From Plasmodiophora brassicae (lineage: Eukaryota): a stretch of DNA of 64,000 nt. The notes beneath the pieces are model-generated. The model saw only the letters and a program-made list of their open reading frames with translations, was not told the DNA's origin and did not search any database. Shown here one piece after another: positions 12,459-22,019 of this stretch (position 1 is its first letter; each line of letters begins with the position of its first letter). The DNA lies in the NCBI GenBank assembly GCA_036867785.1, contig CP145415.1, positions 682,001-746,000 of the forward strand, given 5' to 3'. A program made the translations under genes and the position numbers.

Positions 12459-12820
12459 TTAGTGGGAAATTTGCTCTCCCCGTTTGCTGAGGCGACGTCT
12501 GCAGACGTGACAGAGTCGTTTGAAGAACGGACGGGATTCCCGGTACCGAGGATAACCGTCACGTATCAGGTCCAGCATGCCCCGACACCCACTGCCCAGA
12601 ACGTGGTATGCCTGTGATTGAGTGCTGTACACGTACCTGCATAGCGCAAGGGACTGTAAGAATGGGCGTTAGCGGACTCAGGAACACAGGGCGCTACCCA
12701 CTTGTCATCTGCCTTGCGCTCGTGACGATGTTCATCAGCTTCCTCCGTGAAACGGCAGTACTGCTCTGCGTCGCATTCGAGTGGTTCAAGGTGGGACCAC
12801 GCATCCTCATCGTCATGCAT
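12459..12820 (-). CDS. Candidate small CxxC...CxxC protein (3 exons including a 17-nt micro-exon)
   Basis: Splicing a 44-nt intron (gtagcg...gctaac...cag) and a 45-nt intron (gtacgt...cag) gives MHDDEDAW...DKWSLALCSGCRGMLDLIRDG...RLCHVCRRRLSKRGEQISH*. No homology recognised, and competing + strand readings exist. Confidence 0.4.
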
Positions 12821-12918
12821 TGGAACTATATGAAGTGGATGACCCGTAACCCAGCTCTACACAACCGCCAATGGACAATAATTAAGCGAACCGTCCGACG
12901 TAAAACGATAGACCGACG

Positions 12919-14055
12919 TTATCTTGCCTTCAAGCTGTCTCGGAAGTGTTGCTGGAGCGCTTTCGAGCTCTTCAGCTGCACTTCACGTCCGGCTTCATTC
13001 GTTGCCCGTTCCAGCGTTCGCTGGATCGGCAGCCTTGGGACCGTGATGACGGAACTCATCACAGCACATACATCGGTGAGCAGCGTGCCCGTCAGGAAAT
13101 CGTCCTGCGTGATCCTCCTGGTACCTGGCGACGAAGGATCCTGCGGTATAGCCGTCAACCGAACTGCCAGATACGTCATCGGGTCGTCTCCATATTGATA
13201 GCTTTTCGTCGCCCGATCTGAACAGTTGACCAAGTAAGCGTTTCTAGTCCCCAACAAATCACTGGGCACGCCTACCATGTAAGAGCAGGACGGGTCTTGC
13301 AAATCGATCTGTGAGCGACAGTTCGTGCACAGGGAACTTGGAACACAGGTGTATGTGATTGGACATGACCATCCTGTTGGTATACGACGTGACAAGCTGC
13401 TCGCACTGTTCCTTCGCGAACGCGTTATGGAACCCAACGTCAATCTCTGCAAAGGCAGTCAGGCGACCGTCTACTTTGCAGGCAGAGGTACCATCAACGC
13501 CGACCAGACGGAAGCAGTTCGATGGTGTTCAGACCGGTTAGGCAGTCCTGGGTTGGTGAATACGTCCCGACCAGGAACACCGCTCGGTACCGCCCGTCAA
13601 TCGTGCTCCTGCGCAGGCGCCCGCCAGCCAATATCGCCGCCAGCGCGTTCGGGTTCCGAAACGCCGACAACCTGTTTGACGCTGCCTTGCCGACGTCGAC
13701 GTTCAGAAAGCACCCTTGCAACGGAAGTGCAACGTCGTCCGGGTCCACGTCTTCCCCGGCGAAGCCTAAACCGTGTGCAACGTTATCGCCTGCGCGTGAA
13801 AACCGAACGAACAGGCGCACGCACAGGACGGCGGTTGTGTCGACGCCATGCTGAACAGGTCGCGCAGCCGCGCCACATCGGCCTACGCGCAATCAGTCGG
13901 ATGGGGGTGCAGAAGAGGGACGTCGACGGCGACGGGGAGACCTTTTCGAGCGGGCAGCGTCGGCGCGGAACGCCCGACGAGTGCGGACGCCGGGCGGCGC
14001 CCGCTGCTGCCGTCGACGACCCGGATACCGTCCGCCACGATGCAGCACGACGCAT
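12919..14055 (-). CDS. Hypothetical protein with mitochondrial-presequence-like N-terminus (multi-exon)
   Basis: Starts MRRAASWRTVSGSSTAAAGAARR. Several GT-AG introns with branch sites link open exons (…AFAEIDVGFHNAFAKEQCEQL…, …DPMTYLAVRL…DSLKAR*). No family recognised. Confidence 0.55.
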
Positions 14056-14393
14056 CCGCCAGCGGGACCAGCGCGGCACCGGCCGCCGGATCTGGAGGGG
14101 GCACAGCCAGCGCAGTCGTCCCCGCAGACTGCGCGACACGGATGTGCAGTCCCGGGGTCCGCCACGGGCCCCGCTCCTGTTCGGGCCCGGGGATCCCGAT
14201 CCAGAGGGGGGCGTGACACGCGCCAACGTTCAAATCTGGTAACCGCTGCGCAGGGGAACGCCAATGTGGGGCGGCGCGTCGTGCGATCCTCCTTCTTCCC
14301 GTCCTCGCTGTACGATAATAGTGGCCGTCGTGGCAGAAATCCGTGGGCCGCGTCCGTTCATCGCTGCGTGCGCGGTCCTGTCAAACCTGTCAC

Positions 14394-15416
14394 ATGGCAA
14401 TGGCGGCCGTCGAGGTGCACGTCCCATGCAAGGTCATCGTCAGCGGCGAGCACGCCGTCGTCTATGGCGCGCCGGCGTACGCCGTGGCCATCTCACGCGG
14501 CACGCGCGTCCGCGCCTCGGTTGCCGCTGGCGGCGACCGGCAACACCACTGCCTGCGCCTGCAGCGCCTGTCGAGAACCGTTCGCCTGCGTCTCGATCTG
14601 TCCCGATGCGACGCGCATGACAGCGATGAACCTACACCGGAATCTGTGGCGGTTCGCGTGTTCGCGTTCCTCGTCAAGGAAGTCGGCATCGCGTCCGGGG
14701 TGTCAGTTGACGTTGATTCCGAGGTCCCGTTGGGTGGCGGCCTGGGATCATCCGCATCGTTCTGTGCCGCTCTGGCCTGCGCCCTTCTCCACATCGCCCA
14801 TCCAGGCACGATCGTCGACGACGCGCACCGGATCGCCGTCCAATCTCTGGCACTGGCCGCCGAGCGTATCGTCCATGGCACGCCGAGCGGGGTCGACACG
14901 TTCGTCGTCGTCTATGGTGGTGCTGTCCTGTATCGCAAGACCGAGAAACCGACGCGCATGTCGCCGATCCCGCTCCGGTTCGTGATTGTGGACACCAAAG
15001 TGCCACGCTCCACGAAGGCCATGGTGGAGCGCGTTGCCGAGTTTCGCAACGCGCACGACGCCGTCGTGAACCCGATCATCGACGCGATCTCGGCGCTGAC
15101 GACGACGATCGTGGACAGCGGCAAGATGGGTGGCCAGCTCGTAGCCGCCAACCATCATCTGCTGTGCGCCCTGGGTGTTGGCCATTCGGCCATCGATCAA
15201 GTCGTGCAGATCGGCGCGCGCCTGGGCGTCCCCTGCAAGCTGACCGGCGCCGGCGGCGGCGGCTGTGTCATCGCCGTTCTCCCCGACGACGACGATGGAA
15301 GCGCGTTCATCGGCGAATGCGACCGGGCTGGCTTCGACGCGTTCCCTGCCGTGCCCAGCGAGGCCGGCCTAACGGCTCACTACCTGCCTGATACACAACC
15401 GTTGCAGCGGTACTAA
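14394..15416 (+). CDS. MVK: Mevalonate kinase (GHMP kinase)
   Basis: PCKVIVSGEHAVVYG, PLGGGLGSSA, ERIVHGTPSGVD, KLTGAGGGGC motifs. Intronless. Confidence 0.93.
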   Translation: MAMAAVEVHVPCKVIVSGEHAVVYGAPAYAVAISRGTRVRASVAAGGDRQHHCLRLQRLSRTVRLRLDLSRCDAHDSDEPTPESVAVRVFAFLVKEVGIASGVSVDVDSEVPLGGGLGSSASFCAALACALLHIAHPGTIVDDAHRIAVQSLALAAERIVHGTPSGVDTFVVVYGGAVLYRKTEKPTRMSPIPLRFVIVDTKVPRSTKAMVERVAEFRNAHDAVVNPIIDAISALTTTIVDSGKMGGQLVAANHHLLCALGVGHSAIDQVVQIGARLGVPCKLTGAGGGGCVIAVLPDDDDGSAFIGECDRAGFDAFPAVPSEAGLTAHYLPDTQPLQRY

Positions 15417-15436
15417 ACATCGTAGTGTAGGACGCG

Positions 15437-17421
15437 TTAGCGCCTGTCATGACCGGGATGTGGCTGCCGATGTGGAGGAGGTGGGGGTGGCGCGCCTCGA
15501 GGCGCCATGAAGTGCATCGGGTGCGGCGGCAGCATTGGCGGGTACGGCAACATGTGTGGAGGGGGAGGCGGCGGTGGCATCTGGTGCATCCACTGCGGTG
15601 GTCGGGGCCCTTGCTGGTAATACGGGTGAGGGCCACCACCGCCACCGCCTTGGCCAAAGAACTGAGGCGGCGGCGGCATTGGCGGTCGCATCTGATACGG
15701 CGCCTGGAACTGACGGGGCCGGGCGGCTGGTCGTTGCTGAGGCGGTCCACTGTCGAACCTCGAGCGCTTCCTGGCGGTGCCTTCGCCACCACCAGCGGTC
15801 GCTTCTTGCGCCGTCGGCGCCGATCCTAAACCAGGGATGACGACGGGGCCCTCGTTCCCCGCTCCTGCATTCACGTCGTAGTCGTGGACGACTGGGATCG
15901 GCAACGGGGGTTGTCGCCCGATGCCGAACGACGTTCGCCCACCACGACCGGGAACGCGAGCGGGCGGCGCGAACCGCGCCGACTGTGCCAGGGCGGCCAG
16001 GGCCTCCTTCCGCTGCTCGTCAGGCAGCTGGTTGACGTTGTACTTGTCCTTCATTTCGTCGCCGGGCCGATTGCGCGTCCAGAAACGGACCGTCTGGTCG
16101 TTGCTGCCTGTGGCAAGGACGTGCCCGAGCGGGTGCCAGTCCATGTCCCACACCGACCCATCGTGCCCGCCTGCGATTTCAGCCTGGGCACCAGTGGACA
16201 GTAAGAAGCTGTGAACGGGCACAATGCGGACGCTGGGACGACCTGCGGTGCGTCCTTGCCGACGACCCAGAACAGGATCTGGCCGTCGAACGCGCCCGTG
16301 GCGAACACCTCCTCGTGGAACGGGTGCCAGGACAGCGACGTGATCTCGCGGGAGTGACCCTTCAGGCTCGACATCTCCTTCATGACGCGGATGTCCCAGA
16401 TCTTGACGAGCTGGTCGCGGGACCCGCTGACCAGCCAGTTGCCGTTCCGGTTCCACCTCGTGCACGTCACCGTGTTCTTGTGCCCGTGCAGCGTGCAGAC
16501 CTCCTTGCCCGATTTCGGGCACCAGAACTTCACTAGGTTGTCCTTGCTGCCGCTGGCCAGCAGCGACTTGATCGGGTGCCAGTCCACACACTTCGCATCC
16601 CAGTGGTGCCCTTTCAGCTCGATCGTCATCTTCGCTTCGCGAAAGTCCCAGACGCGTATCGTGCGATCATCGGACGCGGACGCGAACAGGAAGTCGCTGG
16701 GCGAGAACGACAGGTCCCGTACGGATTCGGCGTGGGCCTGGAACGCCTTCACGTTGTTCATCGACGCTTGCCAGTACTTGATCGTGCCGCCTTCGTCGGA
16801 CGACACCAGCCAGTTGCCGTCGTGCGACCAGATCATGCAGCGAATCGGGTCGCTGTGCGCCTGCAGGATCGTCTCGAAGTTGAATTGCAGGCCGTTCCAC
16901 AGTGTGAACTCGCCGGCGTGCGACCCGGTGACCAGGCGCTTGCCTTCGGGCGTCCACGCAAGCGCGTTAATCGGCCGACGAACCTTGTTCGTGGCCGTGT
17001 GCACGTACTTGGTCGTGAACACGTTGGCGGGCGTGCCAAGGTAACTCGGCGCCGGGTCCAGGAACCGAACGTAGTCCATTGTGGATTGCAGATGCGGCCG
17101 CGACAGGATCGGGTCCCGGAAATAACGGTCCTACCATCATATGGAATGAGCACCGGAACGCTGAACATTGAAAACTGTATCGAATCGTATAGGGGGAGCT
17201 GGCATGACGAAACCGATGCGAAAACGTTTATTGACCTGTAGGTATCGGACGACGGTCGGGTTGAAGTCGATCGACTTGCGCACGACGGGCTTGCGCATGC
17301 GCTTGCCGTCGTAGATGACCTTCGGGGCCCGGCCCGGGCCGCCCATGTGCCCGCCCACGGCGCCATGGCTGGCCTGGTAGTCGCCCGACACGAACGACTC
17401 CGACCGCAACGACGACGCCAT
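15437..17421 (-). CDS. WDR33: Pre-mRNA 3'-end processing WD40 protein WDR33/Pfs2/FY (3 exons)
   Basis: DGKRMRKPVVRKSIDF, WTPEGKRLVTGSHAGEFTLWNGLQFNFETILQAH, WD40 repeats, RFWTRNRPGD, Pro-rich tail. Confidence 0.95.
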
Positions 17422-17630
17422 GCAGACTGCAGCCCCGACCGGGGCGACGCAACTCCGCGACCACAACGCCGCGCCACGGGGGACCCCGGTGACTGCTGCT
17501 GCCTGCGCGCCGTCCACCGACTGTCCGCCCGCAGGCATTGCCCCTGGTGAATGGTAAATTGGTAATGGCCGCGCGCTAATTGCAGAACGTTCCTGGGCGC
17601 AGGCGGAGAGGTGGCCTCGGGTTCATTGAT

Positions 17631-19064
17631 CTACGGGGCACTGAACGCCAGGTCGAGCGTGGCGCCCGTCTCGATGCCCAGGTCCATGACGCGCTGGGCG
17701 GTGTCGAGTTGCGCCCCGTCCAGGAGGACCTGCATGGGGGCCTCCTCGTACTGTTCCGCAACGTCCGCCGCGTTCGCCTGTAGCCATTGCCGGATGGCGT
17801 CCTGCACCGCCCCGATCGTCTGCTCGTTGCGCACCGGGACAGGGCCCACGATGCGCCCCTCCAGCGCCATCAGCCGCAGGTGAAGGTTGACGACGCGCTC
17901 GCGGCGCCGGCGCTCTTCCACGAGCCGGCGCCGTTCGTCGTCGGCGGCCTGTCGCTCCTGCGACCAGTCCCGGCGACCTCGTCGGACGGCATCGTCGACG
18001 ACGTCGGCCACGAGGCGGGCGACAACGGCGAACTGATCGGCGACCCGTTCCTGGACCCGCTCAGTGATCCACGGCAGGAAGTGCTCCTCGACCTGTCGCT
18101 GGGCGCTGTCGTAGAAGAACCCGGTCAGGGCCAAGCGATCGCGAAGGGCGTCGCTCAGGTTCGCCAGCGTCGAGCACGCCAACCGACGGGACAGCGTCAG
18201 CTCGATGACGCGTCGTTCGCGTCGTACACGTTCGCGCTCGTTCTCGAGCAAACGCGCCTGGATGCACGTTAACGATGACGCGCGCGGACCGGTGCCGACT
18301 ACGTACGGCTTTGGCGGCGTCGGCGCGGGCGTTGGCCTCCTGTTCAGCGATCTGCTCTAGGCGGAGCGCCTCGGTCAGGTTGGCGTCCCGTTTGCGCTCG
18401 GCGATGACGGATAGTTCCGTCTCCATCTGGACCTCGATCAGCGCCTGCTGCAGCGTCTTGCTGACCAGGACGGACACGATCGGCGCCATGGCCTCGTCCA
18501 GGTCGAACAGGTCGCCGTCGGCAATCTGGACGTCCGTCGACTTCACGCTCGTGCGATGTGCTCATGGAAACAAGGACGCGTACCTGTGTGCCAGTGTCCA
18601 TCCCGATCTTGGCCGGTACGTAGCCAGGGTCGGCAGGTCGATCCGGGAACGCGTCCGTCTGCGTTGTCTGTGTCCTGTGCACGACCGGCGGCGCTAGCCT
18701 TTCCTCCAGGTGCACCCTCAACGGCACGTCTTCATGCGGGAGAACGACGTGGATGCCTGAGGGCGGCGATTAAGCAATCAGGCGGCAGATGGCCCGGGCG
18801 ACGACGCTGACTCTGGTGGAGCTCGGCGATGCTGGGCAGTCTGGCTTGTCGCGAGACGCGCCGGTTCTTGATGGTCCGGTCCTTGAGGTCGGCCGGCGTC
18901 CCGGGCGACGCCGCCGCCGACGACGACGACGATTTGAACGAGTTCTTGCCGAACGCCGTCCCGCGATAGACGCGCGGATCGCACATGATGTTGATCGGGG
19001 CGAACGCATCCGCTGGCGCCTCTGGCTCAGGAGCGCCCTCCCGGCGCTTCTCCAGGTCCAGCAT
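17631..19064 (-). CDS. RSPH3: Radial spoke protein 3 homolog with C-terminal ubiquitin-like extension (multi-exon; 5' end may extend)
   Basis: NIMCDPRVYRGT, QTDAFPDRP..YVPAKIGMDTGTQIADGDLFD, PIVSVLVSKTLQQALIEV, GFFYD..VEEHFLPWI are RSP3 hallmarks. Confidence 0.88.
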
Positions 19065-19273
19065 GTAATGCCCGCGATGGCTAACTATATATCAACGGGG
19101 GCGTACCTCCCAACGATCCCAGCTGGCAGGGAATCAGCGCACTGCTAGCGACTCTTCGTGTTCTTGATTGCACACGCTGTTGCCCGTTTGTCTCATTGTC
19201 CTTCTCCGTTCGGCCGTCGTCGTCTTTATCATGCGGAACGGGCGCCTCGCTCTGTTATTCCCTTAGCGATCTA

Positions 19274-19777
19274 CTCACAGGACGCTACCAACTGTGTTAG
19301 TTCGCCATTGTTCTCTGTTGGTCGCCACTCATGGTAGTCGTCGGCGCTCATCCTTGCCAGGTGGCGCTCGATGAAACGAGAGCAGTCCTCGTCAGGGTCG
19401 TCGCCCGGGCCGGTAGACGAACCGTCGTCTTCGTTATCGTCGTCGCTGTCAGCGATGCGCCCGAAGACACCGGTTTCTTTCCCGGGATTCGAGGAGCTCG
19501 TCGTCGTGTGGCCTTGCCGACTGGCGCATCATGCCCGATTGTCGCTCGACGAACCGATTGGGACGGATCATCTGGAGGAACGGCGAAATAGATTCGCTCC
19601 ATTTAAATTCTTGTAGAGTTTGAGCAAACTAAGCACAGCCAAATTCGTTTGTATTGAATCAGTAGTGAGTGTTTGGGTTGTAATTCCTGCGACAGGGAAT
19701 GAGCGCTCCGTCTGTTTGACCAGTGGCGACTAACAGAGAATGTCGGCGAACTAATACAGTGGGTGGCGCCCTCTGAG
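19274..19777. mobile_element. MITE-like non-autonomous DNA element with about 56-bp imperfect TIRs and TA flanks
   Basis: The reverse complement of 19271-19329 matches 19722-19780 at 49/59 positions. Termini TA|CTC...GAG|TA. No transposase ORF inside. Confidence 0.7.
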
Positions 19778-19808
19778 TAGCGACTAACAAGATTAGTTAG
19801 TCGCTACT
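19776..19808. repeat. Perfect 13-bp inverted repeat with 7-nt loop
   Basis: agtagcgactaac-aagatta-gttagtcgctact, overlapping the element end and the stop codon of the 19804-21084 gene. Confidence 0.9.
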
Positions 19809-21084
19809 GCTCCCTGAGGGCGCCATCATCGCCGCCCTTCTTGACGGGTTCGGGTACTGGTGCCGACACCTCTTCTGCATCGGTTGCCGCCTTCCCAGTC
19901 GGCTCTGGACCACCGCGATGCCGTCGCCGCTGCTCTTTGGCGTTAACGGACGGCGCCATTGGTTCCTGTCGTACGATCTCCACGTGCCTGTCCTGGCCGG
20001 CCCTTGCCGCCACCCAATGCAGGTCGAGAACGTTGCCGCTGCCCTTCATGCCATGGTCGTGGAACACGCCGCTGTTCAGTAACGTGGCCAGGGATGGTTC
20101 GGCAGCGAACCTGACGTCGTCTGCCTGCTGCAGGACGGGTCGATACGCTTCGACCACGGGCGTCAGGTTAATTGTAGCCGTATTGCCTCGCTCCTGTGCC
20201 CAGCCGATCATCCAGACATCGAACCCGTCGCCCCCCAGAACGAACGGCGGCTGGTCGATCCAGTTCCCAGACCAGTCCTGGTTCCAGATGAAGTAGTCGG
20301 CCGACCTGCTGACGAACGGGACGCCCGTCTCCCGGCAGCGCATCATCAGGTCCCGCCACGACTTCTTCTGGACGTGCTCCTCCCCGGACTGAAGCGATAG
20401 GAGGTCGAACGGTTCCAAGGTGACGTCGCGGCGGACGCCAACGGCGAACAGGTCTGCCCAGTCGTGACGTCTACGACCTTCGACGATGGCTTCAGCGGCC
20501 ATCTGCAATGTCCTCGTGAAGATTATCGTGTCGCTGGCGAACCCAACGATGGACGTCTTGGCGTACTTGGCGATGACGATGAAGGCGTGGTTGTAGGTCA
20601 GGTCGCCGATATCGGTGCCGCTTTCGGGTTTCAGTGTGGTCAGGCCCACGCGATGGGCGATGCTCCTGACCGAGCAGTCGCCGGTCAGGACGATGAGCGC
20701 CACACGGTCCAGGCGCCTGTACGACACCGCCAGCGTGTCGATCTGGCGACGGACGTGGTCGTTCGTGTCGTACTGGAGCCAGCGCTCGCGATCAGGAGCG
20801 ATCATCATCGTCAGGACGGCGTCGGACGGCAGCGGTGCGCCTTGCAGGCCCTGGTGGTCGCATTCGCGGTCGACGGCGAGTGCCATAGCCGACTCCCACG
20901 CCGACGTTGGCGGCAACTCTGGCAGACACATGGACGGAAACGGCACGAACACGACGTAGAAGAACGCGACCTGAAGAAGAACGCCTAGGGCGACCGCCAG
21001 ATAGGAATGGTCGCTAAGAAATGCCTGCAGGCAGGGCCGGGATCGGTAGCGGGTCGCATAGTACTTGCGCGATCCCGCATCCAT
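19804..21084 (-). CDS. Type II membrane protein, putative glycosyltransferase-like
   Basis: Intronless 426-aa ORF with a single N-terminal TM (YLAVALGVLLQVAFFYVVFVPF). FASDTIIF, VGVRRDV, DYFIW and PPFVLG..FDVWMI resemble uncharacterised GT-A-like protist proteins. Function is inferred. Confidence 0.6.
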   Translation of the reverse strand: MDAGSRKYYATRYRSRPCLQAFLSDHSYLAVALGVLLQVAFFYVVFVPFPSMCLPELPPTSAWESAMALAVDRECDHQGLQGAPLPSDAVLTMMIAPDRERWLQYDTNDHVRRQIDTLAVSYRRLDRVALIVLTGDCSVRSIAHRVGLTTLKPESGTDIGDLTYNHAFIVIAKYAKTSIVGFASDTIIFTRTLQMAAEAIVEGRRRHDWADLFAVGVRRDVTLEPFDLLSLQSGEEHVQKKSWRDLMMRCRETGVPFVSRSADYFIWNQDWSGNWIDQPPFVLGGDGFDVWMIGWAQERGNTATINLTPVVEAYRPVLQQADDVRFAAEPSLATLLNSGVFHDHGMKGSGNVLDLHWVAARAGQDRHVEIVRQEPMAPSVNAKEQRRRHRGGPEPTGKAATDAEEVSAPVPEPVKKGGDDGALREQ

Positions 21085-21353
21085 CGCGTCCCGCGACCGA
21101 GTCGGCCGACGCGCGCTGCTCGATGCCTGCCCGACCCAGAGTTCCCCGAGGCACCGCAGCCTCCTCTAGAGCCCGGGCGAGGCCAGTAACCTGACTATCA
21201 GCACACACAGAGACTGTCGCATTTTCCAACCTGCCCTTCCGGATGCAGCTTCCACTGAAGCGACCGACGCATAGGTAGCTTCTCCTGAGGTCACCCAAAC
21301 GCAGAAATTGTAGCACTCGACGTGATTGTGCGTCGTCGGCGTCGCGTGCGACA

Positions 21354-21772
21354 ATGTTCGCGAGGGTGCTGGTGGGGCGGCGGTGCGGGTGGAGGCGCCG
21401 GGCGCACTCGACGGCGCTGCTGCAGACGGTGCAGGACGCGGTCGCTCCAATGGTGACGTATAACAGGAACATGGTGGTGTCCAGGCAGTCGCCGCATGAG
21501 TGAGACGGGTGGTTGGGCGTGCCGACCGTGCGGGACTGATTGCCCGTCGAAGGTTGACGATTGACCTGGGCGAGGAGCACGGGTGCTATACGGTGATGAG
21601 CCGCACAGACGACCAGGATTCCGTGGTCTTGTCATCGCCGACGTCGGGCGTTCATACGTACCTGTACGACCACACGGAACAGCACTGGAAATCGACGAAA
21701 GACTCCCATATTCTCACCGACCTTCTAACAAGGGAACTGCTCAAGACCTGTCAGGGTTACCCGTCTTTCTGA
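21354..21772 (+). CDS. Divergent frataxin/CyaY-like protein, mitochondrial presequence (2 exons, 121 aa)
   Basis: Presequence MFARVLVGRRCGWRRRAHS, intron 21500-21552. LTIDLGEEHGCY...LSSPTSG...W.S.KD...L.DLL.REL matches the frataxin fold pattern. Confidence 0.8.
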
Positions 21773-22019
21773 ATCGAATAACGCCACGGGCGACGAACGA
21801 AACGTCATGTCTGGATTGTCTGTGCACCCGAGTGCACGCTCTGGGTATGCATCCGTAGAAGGCGGTCGTGTTCCCGTCTCTCTGCACCTGGACGTGGAGC
21901 TCCCCGTGCGCCTGTGCCGACGTCGGATTCGACGTCGTTGCTGTCCTATTCTCAGTGCTGCGAAGCAGCGGCTGCGAGAGGGAAGCCGTGCGAACGCGCG
22001 CCGGAGCCGTTGCCGAGAG

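Noticed and set aside
12608-13198. 196-aa plus ORF with a hydrophobic stretch
   Set aside because: It overlaps two better-supported spliced minus-strand models.
14394-15416. Horizontal transfer or operon-like origin of the compact, intronless MVK
   Set aside because: Other native genes here (eIF3g) are also intronless, no pathway neighbours are present, and a phylogeny would be required.
13325-18810. Many long Arg/Pro-rich overlapping ORFs
   Set aside because: GC-rich shadow frames of MVK, WDR33, RSP3 and neighbours.
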